DNA from: an uncultured delta proteobacterium | Lineage (GTDB): Bacteria; Desulfobacterota; Zymogenia; Zymogenales; Zymogenaceae | Direction of reading: 5' to 3' | Assembly (NCBI GenBank): GCA_963792965.1 | Contig: CAWBYW010000016.1 | Coordinates: 1-64,000 of the forward strand | DNA length: 64,000 nt | Part shown: positions 42,383 through 52,853 of the stretch, in pieces | Numbering within the stretch: the stretch's first letter is position 1 | Layout: each line of letters begins with the position of its first letter | The notes under the pieces: model-generated | Seen by the model: the letters and a program-made list of their open reading frames with translations, nothing else | Told to the model about the DNA's origin: nothing | Database searches by the model: none | Translations under genes and position numbers: made by a program

Positions 42383-43603
42383 TTATCGTTTCTCGATTGG
42401 GATATAGGGGCGATTGTAATCGCCGATATACTCCTGGATCGGCCTGAATATCCGATTGGCGCCGACCTGCTCCATCCAGTGGGCGGCCCATCCCACCGAG
42501 CGCCCGATGGCAAATACCGGCGTGAAGAGGTCGATAGGAATGCGCAGCATCTCCAAGACGACCGCCGAGTAGAAGTCGACGTTGGGGTAGACCCTCTTAT
42601 GCGAGAGCTTGTTTTCCACCTCCGTCTCCAGCGCCACGGCGATCTCGTAGAGCTCCTTGAATTCCTCGCCGCCGACCTTGGCCGCGAGACCCGGGATGTA
42701 CGACTTGAGGACGGGCGCGCGGGGGTCGGTTGTCTTGTAGATACGGTGGCCGATTCCCATGATTTTCTTGGCGGTCTCAAGCATCTCGTCGACATATTTC
42801 GGGACGTTTTCAGCGCTCCCGATGGAGTAGAGCGTGCGGATGACCCGCTCATTGGCCCCGCCGTGGAGCGACCCGGAAAGCGCCCCAACCGCCGCCGAGA
42901 GGGCGGAATAGATGCTGGCGTTGGTAGAGCCCACCACGCGCGCCGTGAAGGTAGAGGCGTTGATCGTGTGCTCGGCCATCAGGATGAAACATTTGTCCAG
43001 CACCATCGCCACCGCGGGGTCGGCGGGGCTGCCCGTGAGCATGAAGAGGAAGTTCTCGGCGTGAGTATATCGGGAGACCGGCGGGAGGGGATCCTCCCCG
43101 TTTCGGCAGTGGTCGAAGGCCGCCACGATCGTCGGGAACTTGGCGATGAGCGAGATGGCCCGCCTGATGTTATGGATCGGGGACGATACGTCGTCGGCGT
43201 AGAAGTCTTCTCCCTGCAGGAGCGCCACGGCCGCCTGGAGGGCGAGCATCGGGTGCATCCCCACGGGGAATTTCTTGATGGCCTCCGATACCCCCAAAGG
43301 GAGGTTTCGCTGCCGCGCGATCAGCGTCGAGAACTCCTTGAGCTCCCTCTCGCTCGGGAGATGGTTGTAGAGGAGAAGATAGGCCGTCTCCTCAAACGAG
43401 CTGTGCTCGGCGAGCTCCTCGATGGCGATGCCGCGGTACGAGAGCTTCCCGTGCTCGCCGTCGATGTGGCAGATGGCCGACCGGGTGGCGATGACGCCGT
43501 CAAGCCCCGGGCGATACTCGAACGCCGGAGTCGCCTCGGAAATGACTTCGGCCCGGTTCTCGTTGTTATTATTGTTCGTCTCTTCGATTCCTTCCTTTTT
43601 CAT
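42383..43603 (-). CDS. gltA: Citrate synthase (type I, CitZ/PrpC-like)
   Basis: GLDGVIA, LSYRG, AEHTINASTF, GSLHGGANE, MGIGHRIYK..DPRA, YPNVDFYS. Confidence 0.9.
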   Translation of the reverse strand: MKKEGIEETNNNNNENRAEVISEATPAFEYRPGLDGVIATRSAICHIDGEHGKLSYRGIAIEELAEHSSFEETAYLLLYNHLPSERELKEFSTLIARQRNLPLGVSEAIKKFPVGMHPMLALQAAVALLQGEDFYADDVSSPIHNIRRAISLIAKFPTIVAAFDHCRNGEDPLPPVSRYTHAENFLFMLTGSPADPAVAMVLDKCFILMAEHTINASTFTARVVGSTNASIYSALSAAVGALSGSLHGGANERVIRTLYSIGSAENVPKYVDEMLETAKKIMGIGHRIYKTTDPRAPVLKSYIPGLAAKVGGEEFKELYEIAVALETEVENKLSHKRVYPNVDFYSAVVLEMLRIPIDLFTPVFAIGRSVGWAAHWMEQVGANRIFRPIQEYIGDYNRPYIPIEKR

Positions 43604-43815
43604 AACTCCCCTTCCCAGCCTTTAAAGGCGAGTTGCTTTAGGCACAACAATTTTAAAAAGATAGCAGATTCGAGCTAACTTTTGTCAAATCTTTACTCCC
43701 TTCACGCGCACACAAGAAAAAAGCCCGGCCTTCCATATGGGAAGAAGAGACAGGCACATCTTAATGCAATTCAGTCGTCATTTCGGGGGGATGAGGCTGC
43801 TTCCCGGTAGAAGAG

Positions 43816-44439
43816 TCACTTACTCGGGCCGGTAGGTGATGGACCGGGACATCGGGTCCCCCTGGCGATGCGAGTGGGTCTCCTCGACTTTCGCGTCCTT
43901 CCCGAGTATCCAGGCGGGCGACGCCGAACTCGAACCCACCTCGCCCTGGCATATGTCCCCTTCGTCTTGAGCCCCATACACCAATAGCATGGCGACAGCT
44001 CAAGGCACCACCCCTCTTCAGTCGTGTAATAGGTATGTGAGGCCTTCAAGATATGCTTGCCGGCCTCGACCATGAGGCTTTCTATGCGCACGTATTCGTC
44101 GAAGAGCTTATCCGGCGAAACCTGCGAAACCTGGACACCGTCAAGGGCAAACAGGCTCGGCATGTCCCTGAGCATGATCTCGAAGGCCTTGAGGCCCGAT
44201 TGCAGCATGAGCGAGCGGGCGCCCATCTCGCCCATTACCTCGACCATGCCGGCAACAAACCGCGTAAAATCGGAGGCCGGGTGTTCCTGGTCAAATGTGT
44301 TCGGGGGGTAGCTGTCGATGTAGTGCTGGAGTTTCGTGTAATTCAGGATTGAATTAAGTCCGTTCTTCCCGAGCATCTCCTCCGTGGTGACGAACGCAAG
44401 GGACAAGAGCTGGTTTGGGAGTTTTTCTTTGAGCGGCAT
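43816..44439 (-). CDS. V4R-domain protein, frameshifted C-terminus
   Basis: EEMLGKNGLNSIL....L..YID.YPP N-terminus; CYWC followed by a scrambled tail. Confidence 0.7.
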   Translation of the reverse strand: MPLKEKLPNQLLSLAFVTTEEMLGKNGLNSILNYTKLQHYIDSYPPNTFDQEHPASDFTRFVAGMVEVMGEMGARSLMLQSGLKAFEIMLRDMPSLFALDGVQVSQVSPDKLFDEYVRIESLMVEAGKHILKASHTYYTTEEGWCLELSPCYWCMGLKTKGTYARARWVRVRRRPPGYSGRTRKSRRPTRIARGTRCPGPSPTGPSK

Positions 44440-44692
44440 AGTAGCCTCCTTTAACGATGGCTCACGTACGGCATGTCATCTCAATATCCTGACATCTTTC
44501 TGCTATATGGCAGATGAGAAAAATTGTGGTCCGTTTCTCAAGGGCGCTCCTTCCAGGGCATGATAATTATCGAAAGGGGGGGCGGTTGCCCCCCGTTAAT
44601 GAGCAGTAGACAGTCCCCGTAAGCACGATCCCGTGAGGCGACCGGGTATAGGGCTGAAAGTCGAGCCCCAGGAACCCGGACCCGGGCTATCT

Positions 44693-45462
44693 TTAAGCCG
44701 GGAACGCCCAGTCGGCGCTCGTCAGTTGACCGCCGTCTACGGCGATAATTGCGCCGGTTACGTACGATGCCTTCTCGGAGCTCAGAAAGAGGATGACGTT
44801 GGCGATATCCTCCGGTTTGGCTATGCGGCCGACCGGGATCGTCTTGAGTGCATTTTGAAATACCTCCTCAAGCATCTTTCTCGGCACCCCGGCACGCTCG
44901 TAAATCGGGGTATCGACCCAGCCGGGCATGATGGCATTTGCGCGTATGCCGCGCAAATCCCGTGCCAGGTGTTTGGTGTACTTGAGAACAGCAGCCTTCG
45001 TTGTCGAATAGAGGAAGGGATGGTTACCGAGCTCGACGACGGCCGCGGTCGGATGAGATATTGACGATCGAAGCATGAGACGAATTCCTCAACAATGGCA
45101 GGCAATTCGTGATCATGAGCATTGGCCCCTTGACGTTGATCTCGTAATGGTAGTGAAAGTCTTCCTCCTTCATGTATTCAATCCCGGTAAGCCTGCCGAC
45201 GCCGGCATTGTTCACCAGCACGTCGAGCCTGCCCGAACGTGTCGCTGACGTACTTGCTCACCCCGGCGACCTGGTCCGCCTTCGATATGTCGCACAGCTG
45301 AGCGTGATAGCTCTTCCCGAGCTTTGCCGCCGCGGCTTTGAGTGCCTTTTCATCAAAGTCGACGGCGACGACGTCGGCGTGATTCTCAATGAACTGCGTT
45401 GCCGCGCCGAGCCCGATTCCCGAAGCCGCGCCCGTCACCAGGACAACATAGTCTTTAAACAT
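44693..45462 (-). pseudogene. SDR oxidoreductase in 3 frames
   Basis: VTGAASGIG / LVNNAG...IVNISS / YSTTKAA...NAIMPG.VDTP...VDGG. Confidence 0.8.
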
Positions 45463-45654
45463 CGAACCCCCCTATTCGAATTAGTGAGTGGATATATCGT
45501 TTAACAACATTGCACATAACGATGAGACGGCCGCCTTTAAACGACGAACGGACGACATGACCACGTCCGACAGCCGCTGGAGAGTCAGAAAGCTCCTTCA
45601 TTACTCATCAATCCCGCCGAGAGGAAAATAAAGCTGAGGTCCCTTCCGGGTAAC

Positions 45655-46726
45655 CTAGAACATGGTGGAGCCGGCGCCAGCTCGCCTTACGTACCGGGCG
45701 ACGTGCCCAGGACGAAAGGATGCGGGAAGTAGGTGCCTTCCCCTCAGGAAGAAGCTCAGCCCGAGGTATGAGGGATACTGGGGCAACCCGTAGATTTCGC
45801 GCATGTAGTCCAAGAGGTGATTGACCATGGTACCGGTCTGGTTCGTCGTGGCGAGCTTATCGTCTCGGGGCTTAGAATCCGCGCGCCGTTCAGCTCTCCC
45901 CCGCGTCGCAGCATCTCGGAAAAGAGATAGATACCGTGCGCCGTCGGAGAGACGCCTCCACCGGCCGGCAGCTCCATCTCCTCGTTGGCCAAAAAATTCA
46001 TGGCCTCGATCAGCGAGGGATCGAAAATACCGGGAGTCTTGTCCCTCATGACGACGGGCACGATCCTTTCTTTGAAGCGATCCTGCAGCGTAAAGGCCGT
46101 GTCCTTCATGACGAGCGGCAAAAACACGTCTTCCATCAGAATCTGGCGAAACGGGCGTTCTTCTCATCGAGCCGCTGCACCATGGCCGCGACGATCGCGT
46201 GCGCCGTTGTGGCGTTATAGGTCATCAGGGTTCCGGGAAGATAGAGCACGCGCTCGTTTGATAGCGTGGCGACGACCTGCTCTATGACGCCGAGCTTATC
46301 CAGGGGAAGAGTAAAAGGGATCTCCGTGTTCAGCCCGCTGGTATGAGTAAGAATGTGCCATACGGTGATGTTCTGCTTTCCCTTGATGCCGAATTCCGGG
46401 ATGACGTCTTTGATCGGGGTGGTCAGATCGAACTTTCCCTTTTCGATATCCATCAGCACGCGCACCACGGTCATCTGCTTGGTGAGCGACATGATAAAGA
46501 AATAGTCGTCTATTTTCGCGGGACGTTTTTTCGCGAGGTTGGTGCTGCTGACCGCCTCGTGCACGGCGATCGTCCCGTGCCGTGCCACGATAAATACCGC
46601 CCCGTCGTATAGACCCTTGGCCGTATCCTGCTCGATGACGCGCTTTACCTGGCTCAGGCGATCCGGATCCAGGCCCAGCTTGCGAACCTCGGCGGCGTCG
46701 ATTTTCACCTGCTTTGTCTCTGACAT
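45655..46726 (-). pseudogene. Serine hydrolase (beta-lactamase/EstB family), multiply frameshifted; 3' end uncertain
   Basis: SxxK motif MSLTKQ, HILTHTSGL, PG...YN, PLVMKDTAF, PAGGG. Confidence 0.78.
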
Positions 46727-46819
46727 ACGAAAACCTCCCTGTTATGGATAATCGGACGGAATCGATAAGTTGAACAGAGGTCACGACACAAAAACGAGAT
46801 ATATGTTTTAGAGCTATTC

Positions 46820-47742
46820 TCATGCGCTCTTTTTTGTTCGAGCTTTACCGACCTCTCTTTCCAGGATCCACCGATCGGGCGTGATTACTTTTTCAAAGCC
46901 CTTGCGCTTTGATTTCTCCTTTTCCAGGCTCTTCATGCCCGATGCCGCCATGGCTGAGTAGAGCGTGCCGCTCAGCCTCGGGAAATTGCCTCCAAATCTG
47001 GATAGCCATCCCCTGTACGCCGGTATTGCGACTTCCAGCGATTTCTTCTTAAGGACTTTCTTCAGTATGACCTTTTCTATGTCTTGGACCGTAAGGATCC
47101 TGGGCGCTGAAAAACCGACGGCCGCCGCCTTGTCTCCGTAGATAAGCTGCGTCTGGAGCTTGGCCGTATTGACGAGATCGGGCTCGACGAGCGTTACGTA
47201 GATGCCGTGCGGCTTGAGCTCGTAATAAGCCGCCAGCGAAAAGCCGCGCAACGCGAATTTTGAGGCACTGTAAAGGCTGATACCGGGAACGGGGGCCAAG
47301 CCCGCCAGCGAGCACATATTGACGATGTGCACGTACCCCTGTTTTACCATCTGCTGGGCCGCGAACTTCGTCCCGAGTATCGCGCCCTTTGTGTTGATGT
47401 CGATATGGAGGTCGATATGCTCCAGGGGAAAATCCGTCACAAATCCCTGGACCGCAAACCCCGCGATATTCATGCATACGTAAGCTTGCCCCACTTCTTG
47501 ATAATCAGGGACATCGCCGCCCGCCACTCGCCGGCCTTCCTGAGATCCAGCTTCTTTAAGATCACGTGCCGGCGATCCCACTTTGATTTCTTCGCGCTTT
47601 TTTCCAGCGCCTGCGGATTTATATCCGTCGCGAGAATATCGTAGCCTCGCCCGGCCAGCACGGTCGTCAGATGCCGGGCGATGCCGCTTGCGCATCCGGT
47701 GATGAGCATAACCTTGTTACGGCTCTTTTTCGTTTCTCTCAT
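46820..47742 (-). pseudogene. SDR oxidoreductase, frameshifted
   Basis: ITGCASGIA (47742 frame); NIAG, IVNMCSLAG, YSASKFA (46820 frame). Confidence 0.8.
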
Positions 47743-48436
47743 TTCAGCCCCTCGAATGATAGTTAATATAGGAATGATTTATCAGGCACGTATAGAGTAT
47801 CGAAGGCTTTCTGCGTCGCGCTCAGCTGGTCATTTAATCATGTCACCGTGGCGGGAGGTGTCCGATGCGCACTTATCGACGCGGCACAGGCCCACCTCGG
47901 CCCCGGCTCGGACAAACGCCACCGTTCTCGTATATGCTCGTGAGTGTCGTGAGTGATTTTCAGTTCGTAGGACATTTTCTCGCGCCACGATTCAGGATGA
48001 TCTCGAGTCGCAGAGAGTCTTGGGTAGTTCTCAAATTGTAAGAAAAATCGTTTCTACCGATTCCATATTTCAAATCCTTTCTCTTGTCAATATAAATAGT
48101 TCATTTATGAAATAAATCGGACGCGGTCAACGCCCGGACACGCACATCCTTCCTCACCGTCGTTCTTATCCACCCTCTCGATTTGCGTCTTATGCCGAAG
48201 CGTTCCGCCGTAGCTCCGGATGACACCTCAAAGAGTGACGCTTCGAATTGAAAGGGAAGCTTTTCAGCCATCTCCTCCTATTTGGATCCCCGGGAGGAAA
48301 AAATCCGCTCATCGATCCTCGTCCTTAACATCTTTGTCTAGAGTAGCTGGACAACGATTGTTTATGATGATAGAATGAATTCATAGAGTCAGGTTATAAG
48401 GCCGAAACGATAACTCCATTCCATTCGGAGGTAGCT

Positions 48437-48994
48437 ATGGACGTAAAGCAGGCAATCAAAGAGCGCCGGGCGTACCGTTCCTTCGTGCCGGTGAAGATCA
48501 CCAAAGAGCTGGTGGACGACCTGGCGGGCTCTGCGCAGATCGCCCCGTCGTGTTTCAACAACCAGCCGTGGCGCTTCGTCTTCGCCTACGGCCCCGAGAC
48601 GCTCGAAAAGCTCCACGCGGCCATCCCGGAGGGGAACCGCTGGGCGTGGGATTCCTCGCTTATCATCGGTGTCTTCTCGAAAAAGGAAAACGACTGCATG
48701 ATCGCGGGGAGAGACTACTTCCTCTTCGACACGGGCATGGCCGTGGGCATCATGATCCTCAGGGCGACGGAGCTGGGGCTGGTGGCCCACCCGATCGCCG
48801 GCTACGACGAGAAGAAGGCAAAAGAGGTCCTCGGCGTCCCGGATGACATGCAGCTGATCACGCTGGTCATGGTGGGAAAACACACGACGGAGCTCAAACC
48901 GTACCTCAACGAAAAACAGGTCCAGGCCGAGCACGAGCAGCCGCCGCGAAAGTCCCTTTCCGAGTTCGCCTTCATCGACCGCTACACGGGCTAA
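48437..48994 (+). CDS. Nitroreductase family protein
   Basis: AIKERRAYR, APSCFNNQPWRF, DTGMA...ILRATELGL. Confidence 0.9.
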   Translation: MDVKQAIKERRAYRSFVPVKITKELVDDLAGSAQIAPSCFNNQPWRFVFAYGPETLEKLHAAIPEGNRWAWDSSLIIGVFSKKENDCMIAGRDYFLFDTGMAVGIMILRATELGLVAHPIAGYDEKKAKEVLGVPDDMQLITLVMVGKHTTELKPYLNEKQVQAEHEQPPRKSLSEFAFIDRYTG

Positions 48995-49024
48995 CATATA
49001 CTATTCGACAAGGGGGAGCAGAAT

Positions 49025-49489
49025 ATGGCCGACGAGCTGAAGGACTACCCGGTGGTTGTCACGATTCCCGTGGCCTGGGGCGAGATGGACGCCCTCGGGC
49101 ACGTCAACAACGCCATGTACTTCCGCTATTTTGAGACGGCGCGTATGATCTATCTTGAGCGGGCGGGACTGCTGGAGATCATGAAGGAGATCCTGATCGG
49201 CCCGATCCTCGCCAGGACCTCCTGCACCTTCAGGGTCCCCATCTATTACCCCGATACCCTCGAGGTCGGGACCCGGGTCAAGACCATCGGCAACACCCAT
49301 TTCAACATGGAATATCTCGTAGTGAGCAAGAAACACGGCGTGAGCGCCTACGGCGACGGGGTCATCGTAACCTTTGACTACAGCAAGAACACCAAGGCGC
49401 CCGTCCCCGATCCGATCATGCGGGCCATCGAGAAGCTGGAGGGGTGCGCCGCCGGGTCCAAGTGCGTGGTGGAAGAGATCGACATTTAA
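49025..49489 (+). CDS. Acyl-CoA thioesterase (4HBT/YbgC-FadM hotdog fold)
   Basis: WGEMDALGHVNNAMYFRYFETAR. Confidence 0.9.
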   Translation: MADELKDYPVVVTIPVAWGEMDALGHVNNAMYFRYFETARMIYLERAGLLEIMKEILIGPILARTSCTFRVPIYYPDTLEVGTRVKTIGNTHFNMEYLVVSKKHGVSAYGDGVIVTFDYSKNTKAPVPDPIMRAIEKLEGCAAGSKCVVEEIDI

Positions 49490-49554
49490 GGGACGAGACC
49501 ACGACACTTTGAGGGCACATTGACATCATCTGAAAGATGTATTCATCTCTTCCT

Positions 49555-49592
49555 ATTAGGAAATGGTAATACTCCCACAATGATCCGGTAAG
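49555..49592 (+). promoter_or_regulatory. Second copy of the putative CzcR/CopR-like operator
   Basis: ATTAGGAAATGGTAATACTCCCACAATGATCCGGTAAG; 30/38 identical to 6830-6867 (minus strand); 75 nt upstream of the cupredoxin start. Confidence 0.68.
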
Positions 49593-49667
49593 GAACATAC
49601 GATATACTTTCTCATGCGAAGTGGTTGTATGTTACTTTTTTGGATATTGATTGGAAGGGAGTAAGAA

Positions 49668-50078
49668 ATGAAGTTTAAAGTTGTCTCGATTTTTGTCGTT
49701 TTGGCGTTCCTTGCAGGGGCCGTTACTCTTATTGCAGCCGAGGGAGCCGCAAAGCCTTTCGTCGCTGATCCTAAGGCAAAGGATATCACTGTCATAGTCA
49801 AGATCGCCGAAAACGGATTCAGCCCCAAAGAGATCACCGTCTATGAAGGACAGAAGATAACCCTTGAGATCAGTGCTCCCGGTGAGACTAACGCCTACAC
49901 CTTTACGCTTCCCGAATTCAAGATAAACAAGGTTATCGAGAAGGGAAAGACCGAAAAGGTCACTTTTGAAGCCGGTAAGGTTGGAGTATTCTCGTTCGCG
50001 GCTACGGAAAAGGAAACCACGGAAAAGGCGGAAGGCACTTTCGTGGGGAACCTGAAGGTTGAGAAACCGACGAAGTAG
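49668..50078 (+). CDS. Cupredoxin-fold exported protein lacking canonical Cu ligands
   Basis: Signal peptide; GFSPKEITVYEGQKITL, VTFEAGKVGVFSF, GNLKVE; contains no Cys or His. Confidence 0.78.
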   Translation: MKFKVVSIFVVLAFLAGAVTLIAAEGAAKPFVADPKAKDITVIVKIAENGFSPKEITVYEGQKITLEISAPGETNAYTFTLPEFKINKVIEKGKTEKVTFEAGKVGVFSFAATEKETTEKAEGTFVGNLKVEKPTK

Positions 50079-50310
50079 ATGCCTCGAAAGTGACCTGTGC
50101 TTTGCAGTCAGGGATTTTGGCTTTTTGCCGAAATCCCTTCTTTTTCCCACTTTTCTTGCATGTCGATGCGGATAGAGATCCGTAAATCCAATTCGTCGGT
50201 CCCTTAAAGACGACCAAGAGGATTAGTAGTCCCACGGGGGCTGATTGACGTGTTCTTACAGAGGTGCTATCCTAAGAACAGGTAAGACATTATTTTATTG
50301 AGGGAAAGCT

Positions 50311-50949
50311 TTGCCAAAAACCGAATCAAAGAGAAATCTGAAGGTCATCGTTATCCTGTTGATGACGGCGGTCGCCATTATTGTGCTGGCGCTCTACACC
50401 TTCGGCCCCCTTTCGTATATCAGGGGCGAGCATAAGACAAACCCGGAGTCTATAAAGCCCGCCGGTTCGGAGAAGGTGAGCATCAACAGCAAGGATATGG
50501 TCTTTCGCCAGTATCACAACAAGGACGTCACGGAGAACTATTACGGCGTTGGGCTCCCCGCGGGAGCCGGCGTCCGGCCCGATACGTCTTCGCCGGGCAC
50601 TTACATCGTCGACTTCCCTCCGATAAAGGCGACGATAGGGTTGATGGATGTGCCTGACAACACGACCCTCGAATTATACGTCCTCGGGCAGGAAGAGCCG
50701 AAGTTGAGTAAAAGCGTTCCCGGTTATCGCAAGACTGATTTTCAAAAACTGACGATCAATGGGGCCGAGGGATACGAGCTGGCTTATATCGGCACGATTA
50801 ATGCGATAGAGTACCGCACGGTACGCACGTATGTCACCGGGCCCGACCGTGCGGGAGTCATTACCCTGTCATGCAAAGAGAGTGATTATAAGGATACAAG
50901 CTCAATTTTTTCCACGGTCGTCAATAGTTTCCGCTGGGAGAACCGGTAG
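50311..50949 (+). CDS. Membrane-anchored PsbP/DUF1795-like protein; paralog of 5610-6239
   Basis: TTG start; one TM helix; motifs shared with 5610-6239, ending NSFRWENR. Confidence 0.65.
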   Translation: MPKTESKRNLKVIVILLMTAVAIIVLALYTFGPLSYIRGEHKTNPESIKPAGSEKVSINSKDMVFRQYHNKDVTENYYGVGLPAGAGVRPDTSSPGTYIVDFPPIKATIGLMDVPDNTTLELYVLGQEEPKLSKSVPGYRKTDFQKLTINGAEGYELAYIGTINAIEYRTVRTYVTGPDRAGVITLSCKESDYKDTSSIFSTVVNSFRWENR

Positions 50950-50950
50950 C

Positions 50951-51148
50951 ATGAAACAGATCTTCTTCTTCGTTTCTCTGTTCGTCATCGGTATCGGGGT
51001 ATACCTGAAGTTCTTTTACGACGTGCCGGATAGCCAGGAATCGATCAATTTCTTTGTGAGCTGGTTCCTCATTATCATCGGCGCGTCGAGCCTGTTGATC
51101 AATCTGGTATGGGATACCTCGAGGAAGGACGACGGTGATAAGGACTAA
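50951..51148 (+). CDS. Small 2-TM membrane protein (65 aa)
   Basis: MKQIFFFVSLFVIGIGVYLKFF...SWFLIIIGASSLLINL; fills the gap in a tightly packed operon. Confidence 0.7.
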   Translation: MKQIFFFVSLFVIGIGVYLKFFYDVPDSQESINFFVSWFLIIIGASSLLINLVWDTSRKDDGDKD

Positions 51149-51150
51149 CC

Positions 51151-52074
51151 GTGCGTGAGATCATCAATACGAGGAACGTGACCAAGTCGTACGGACGGGT
51201 AAGGGCCGTTGACGGCCTGAGCCTGACGATCCGGGAGGGGGAGTTCTTCGGGTTTCTCGGACCCAACGGCGCGGGCAAAACCACCACCATCCGCATCCTC
51301 ACCGGCATTATTAGCCCCGATCACGGTGAGGTCACTATCGGCGGCCTTACCCCGCAAGAGAAGCGGGAAATCGGGCGTATTATCGGCGTCGTCCCGGAGA
51401 GCCGGGGCTTTTACGACTGGATGACCGCGGAGGAATATCTTGATTTCTTCGCCGCTCTCTATGGAATTAAAAAGGACGAGAAGGTGAAGCGTATTTCCTC
51501 CCTCCTCTCGGACACGGGTCTGCTCTCGGCAAGAGACAAGACAATCGGCGCATACTCCCGGGGGATGCGGCAGAGACTCGGACTTGCCCGCGCCCTGATC
51601 AACGGGCCGAAGATCCTCTTCCTTGACGAGCCGACCCTCGGGCTCGATCCCCAGGGCCAGGAGGATATTCAGCGTCTCCTGATGAATATGAACGGTCAGG
51701 GAGTAACGATCTTTTTGTCATCTCACCTGTTGCATGAGGTGGAAAACCTCTGCTCCACCATAGCGATTATCGATAAGGGACGCCTTGTTGCTCAGGGGAC
51801 AATAGACCAGCTGAGGCAAAAGACGCCTATGAGCGAGACGTATTATTTAAGGATAAAGGGTAGCGGCGCAGTTCTATTAAGGAGCGAGTTTTCGTCTTAT
51901 ATCGACAGCGTAAAGGAGAGGAGGGACGTTACCGACTTTATCTTTCATGGAACGTCGGAAGGGGCCAACAGGCTCCTTGATAAACTGCGGCAGAAGAAAA
52001 TCCCGGTTCTGGAATTTCGCACCCAGACAGAATCACTGACGGATATTTTTCTTAACCTGACCCCAAAATCATAA
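51151..52074 (+). CDS. ABC-2-type transporter ATP-binding protein
   Basis: GPNGAGKTT, YSRGMRQRL, LFLDEPTLGLDP, SSHLL. Confidence 0.95.
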   Translation: MREIINTRNVTKSYGRVRAVDGLSLTIREGEFFGFLGPNGAGKTTTIRILTGIISPDHGEVTIGGLTPQEKREIGRIIGVVPESRGFYDWMTAEEYLDFFAALYGIKKDEKVKRISSLLSDTGLLSARDKTIGAYSRGMRQRLGLARALINGPKILFLDEPTLGLDPQGQEDIQRLLMNMNGQGVTIFLSSHLLHEVENLCSTIAIIDKGRLVAQGTIDQLRQKTPMSETYYLRIKGSGAVLLRSEFSSYIDSVKERRDVTDFIFHGTSEGANRLLDKLRQKKIPVLEFRTQTESLTDIFLNLTPKS

Positions 52075-52075
52075 T

Positions 52076-52846
52076 ATGTTTACAGAGATCTGGAAAAAAG
52101 AGGTCAAAGGAGAGCTGTATACCTGGAAGAGCATGCTCTGGCTCGTTATCGCATCTCTGCTCTTCAGCCTCACCAGCTATCTCCTTCTCACCGACAAAGA
52201 GCTGAGTCTGCTTGATCAGACCGAGATGCTCTGGATCCTGGCCAAAATAATCATCGCGACGGCTCTTTTGATTATAACGATCGACGCCTCATCGATAATC
52301 GCGGCCGAATTCGAGAAGGAGACTGCGGAGAGCCTTTTCCTTTCGCCCCTGAAGCTTTCCGACTTTATCCTCGGCAAATTGCTCGCGTGCCTTACCCTCT
52401 GGCTGTCGATATACGTCGTCGCGGTCCCCTATATCATCGTCACCTCCATGGGGACCAACCTGACCGTGCCCTTTCTCTGTTATGCCGCTCTCCTGGGAAC
52501 GCTCGGGGTTACGCCCCTGATCATCGTGATCTTCGGCATCTCCTTTTTGTTTCGCTCAAGCAAGAACACGCTCACCACGTCGCTGGTCATTCTCATGCTC
52601 TTTTCGGTCCCCGCACTCTTCTCCTCGACGCTAAAGAACAGCTTATTCTCACTAATTCTCGGAACGGTCAATCCCGTCGAAAATATCTTTGCGTCACTCG
52701 ATAACGTGCTGGTGGATTACCACGTTTCACTTGCCCGCAATCTGGTATATATAATTCCGTTGGCCATATTCCTGATTCTGGGGTTTGCTTTTCTGGTCTT
52801 TGCCGCGTGGCGCTTTCAAAGAGAGGGAGTTATCAAAAGCGGGTAG
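52076..52846 (+). CDS. ABC-2-type transporter permease
   Basis: About 6 TM helices; EFEKETAESLFLSPL...ILGK; KELSLLDQ loop. Confidence 0.88.
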   Translation: MFTEIWKKEVKGELYTWKSMLWLVIASLLFSLTSYLLLTDKELSLLDQTEMLWILAKIIIATALLIITIDASSIIAAEFEKETAESLFLSPLKLSDFILGKLLACLTLWLSIYVVAVPYIIVTSMGTNLTVPFLCYAALLGTLGVTPLIIVIFGISFLFRSSKNTLTTSLVILMLFSVPALFSSTLKNSLFSLILGTVNPVENIFASLDNVLVDYHVSLARNLVYIIPLAIFLILGFAFLVFAAWRFQREGVIKSG

Positions 52847-52853
52847 CCTCTAT

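Noticed and set aside
42286-42888. 200-aa N-terminal extension of the aminotransferase (616-aa ORF)
   Set aside because: It overlaps citrate synthase out of frame; family similarity starts at MKTYTF (42285).
43555-43580. Asn run (NNNNNEN) at the citrate synthase N-terminus as a contingency repeat
   Set aside because: Short, with mixed AAC/AAT codons, in a probably disordered leader.
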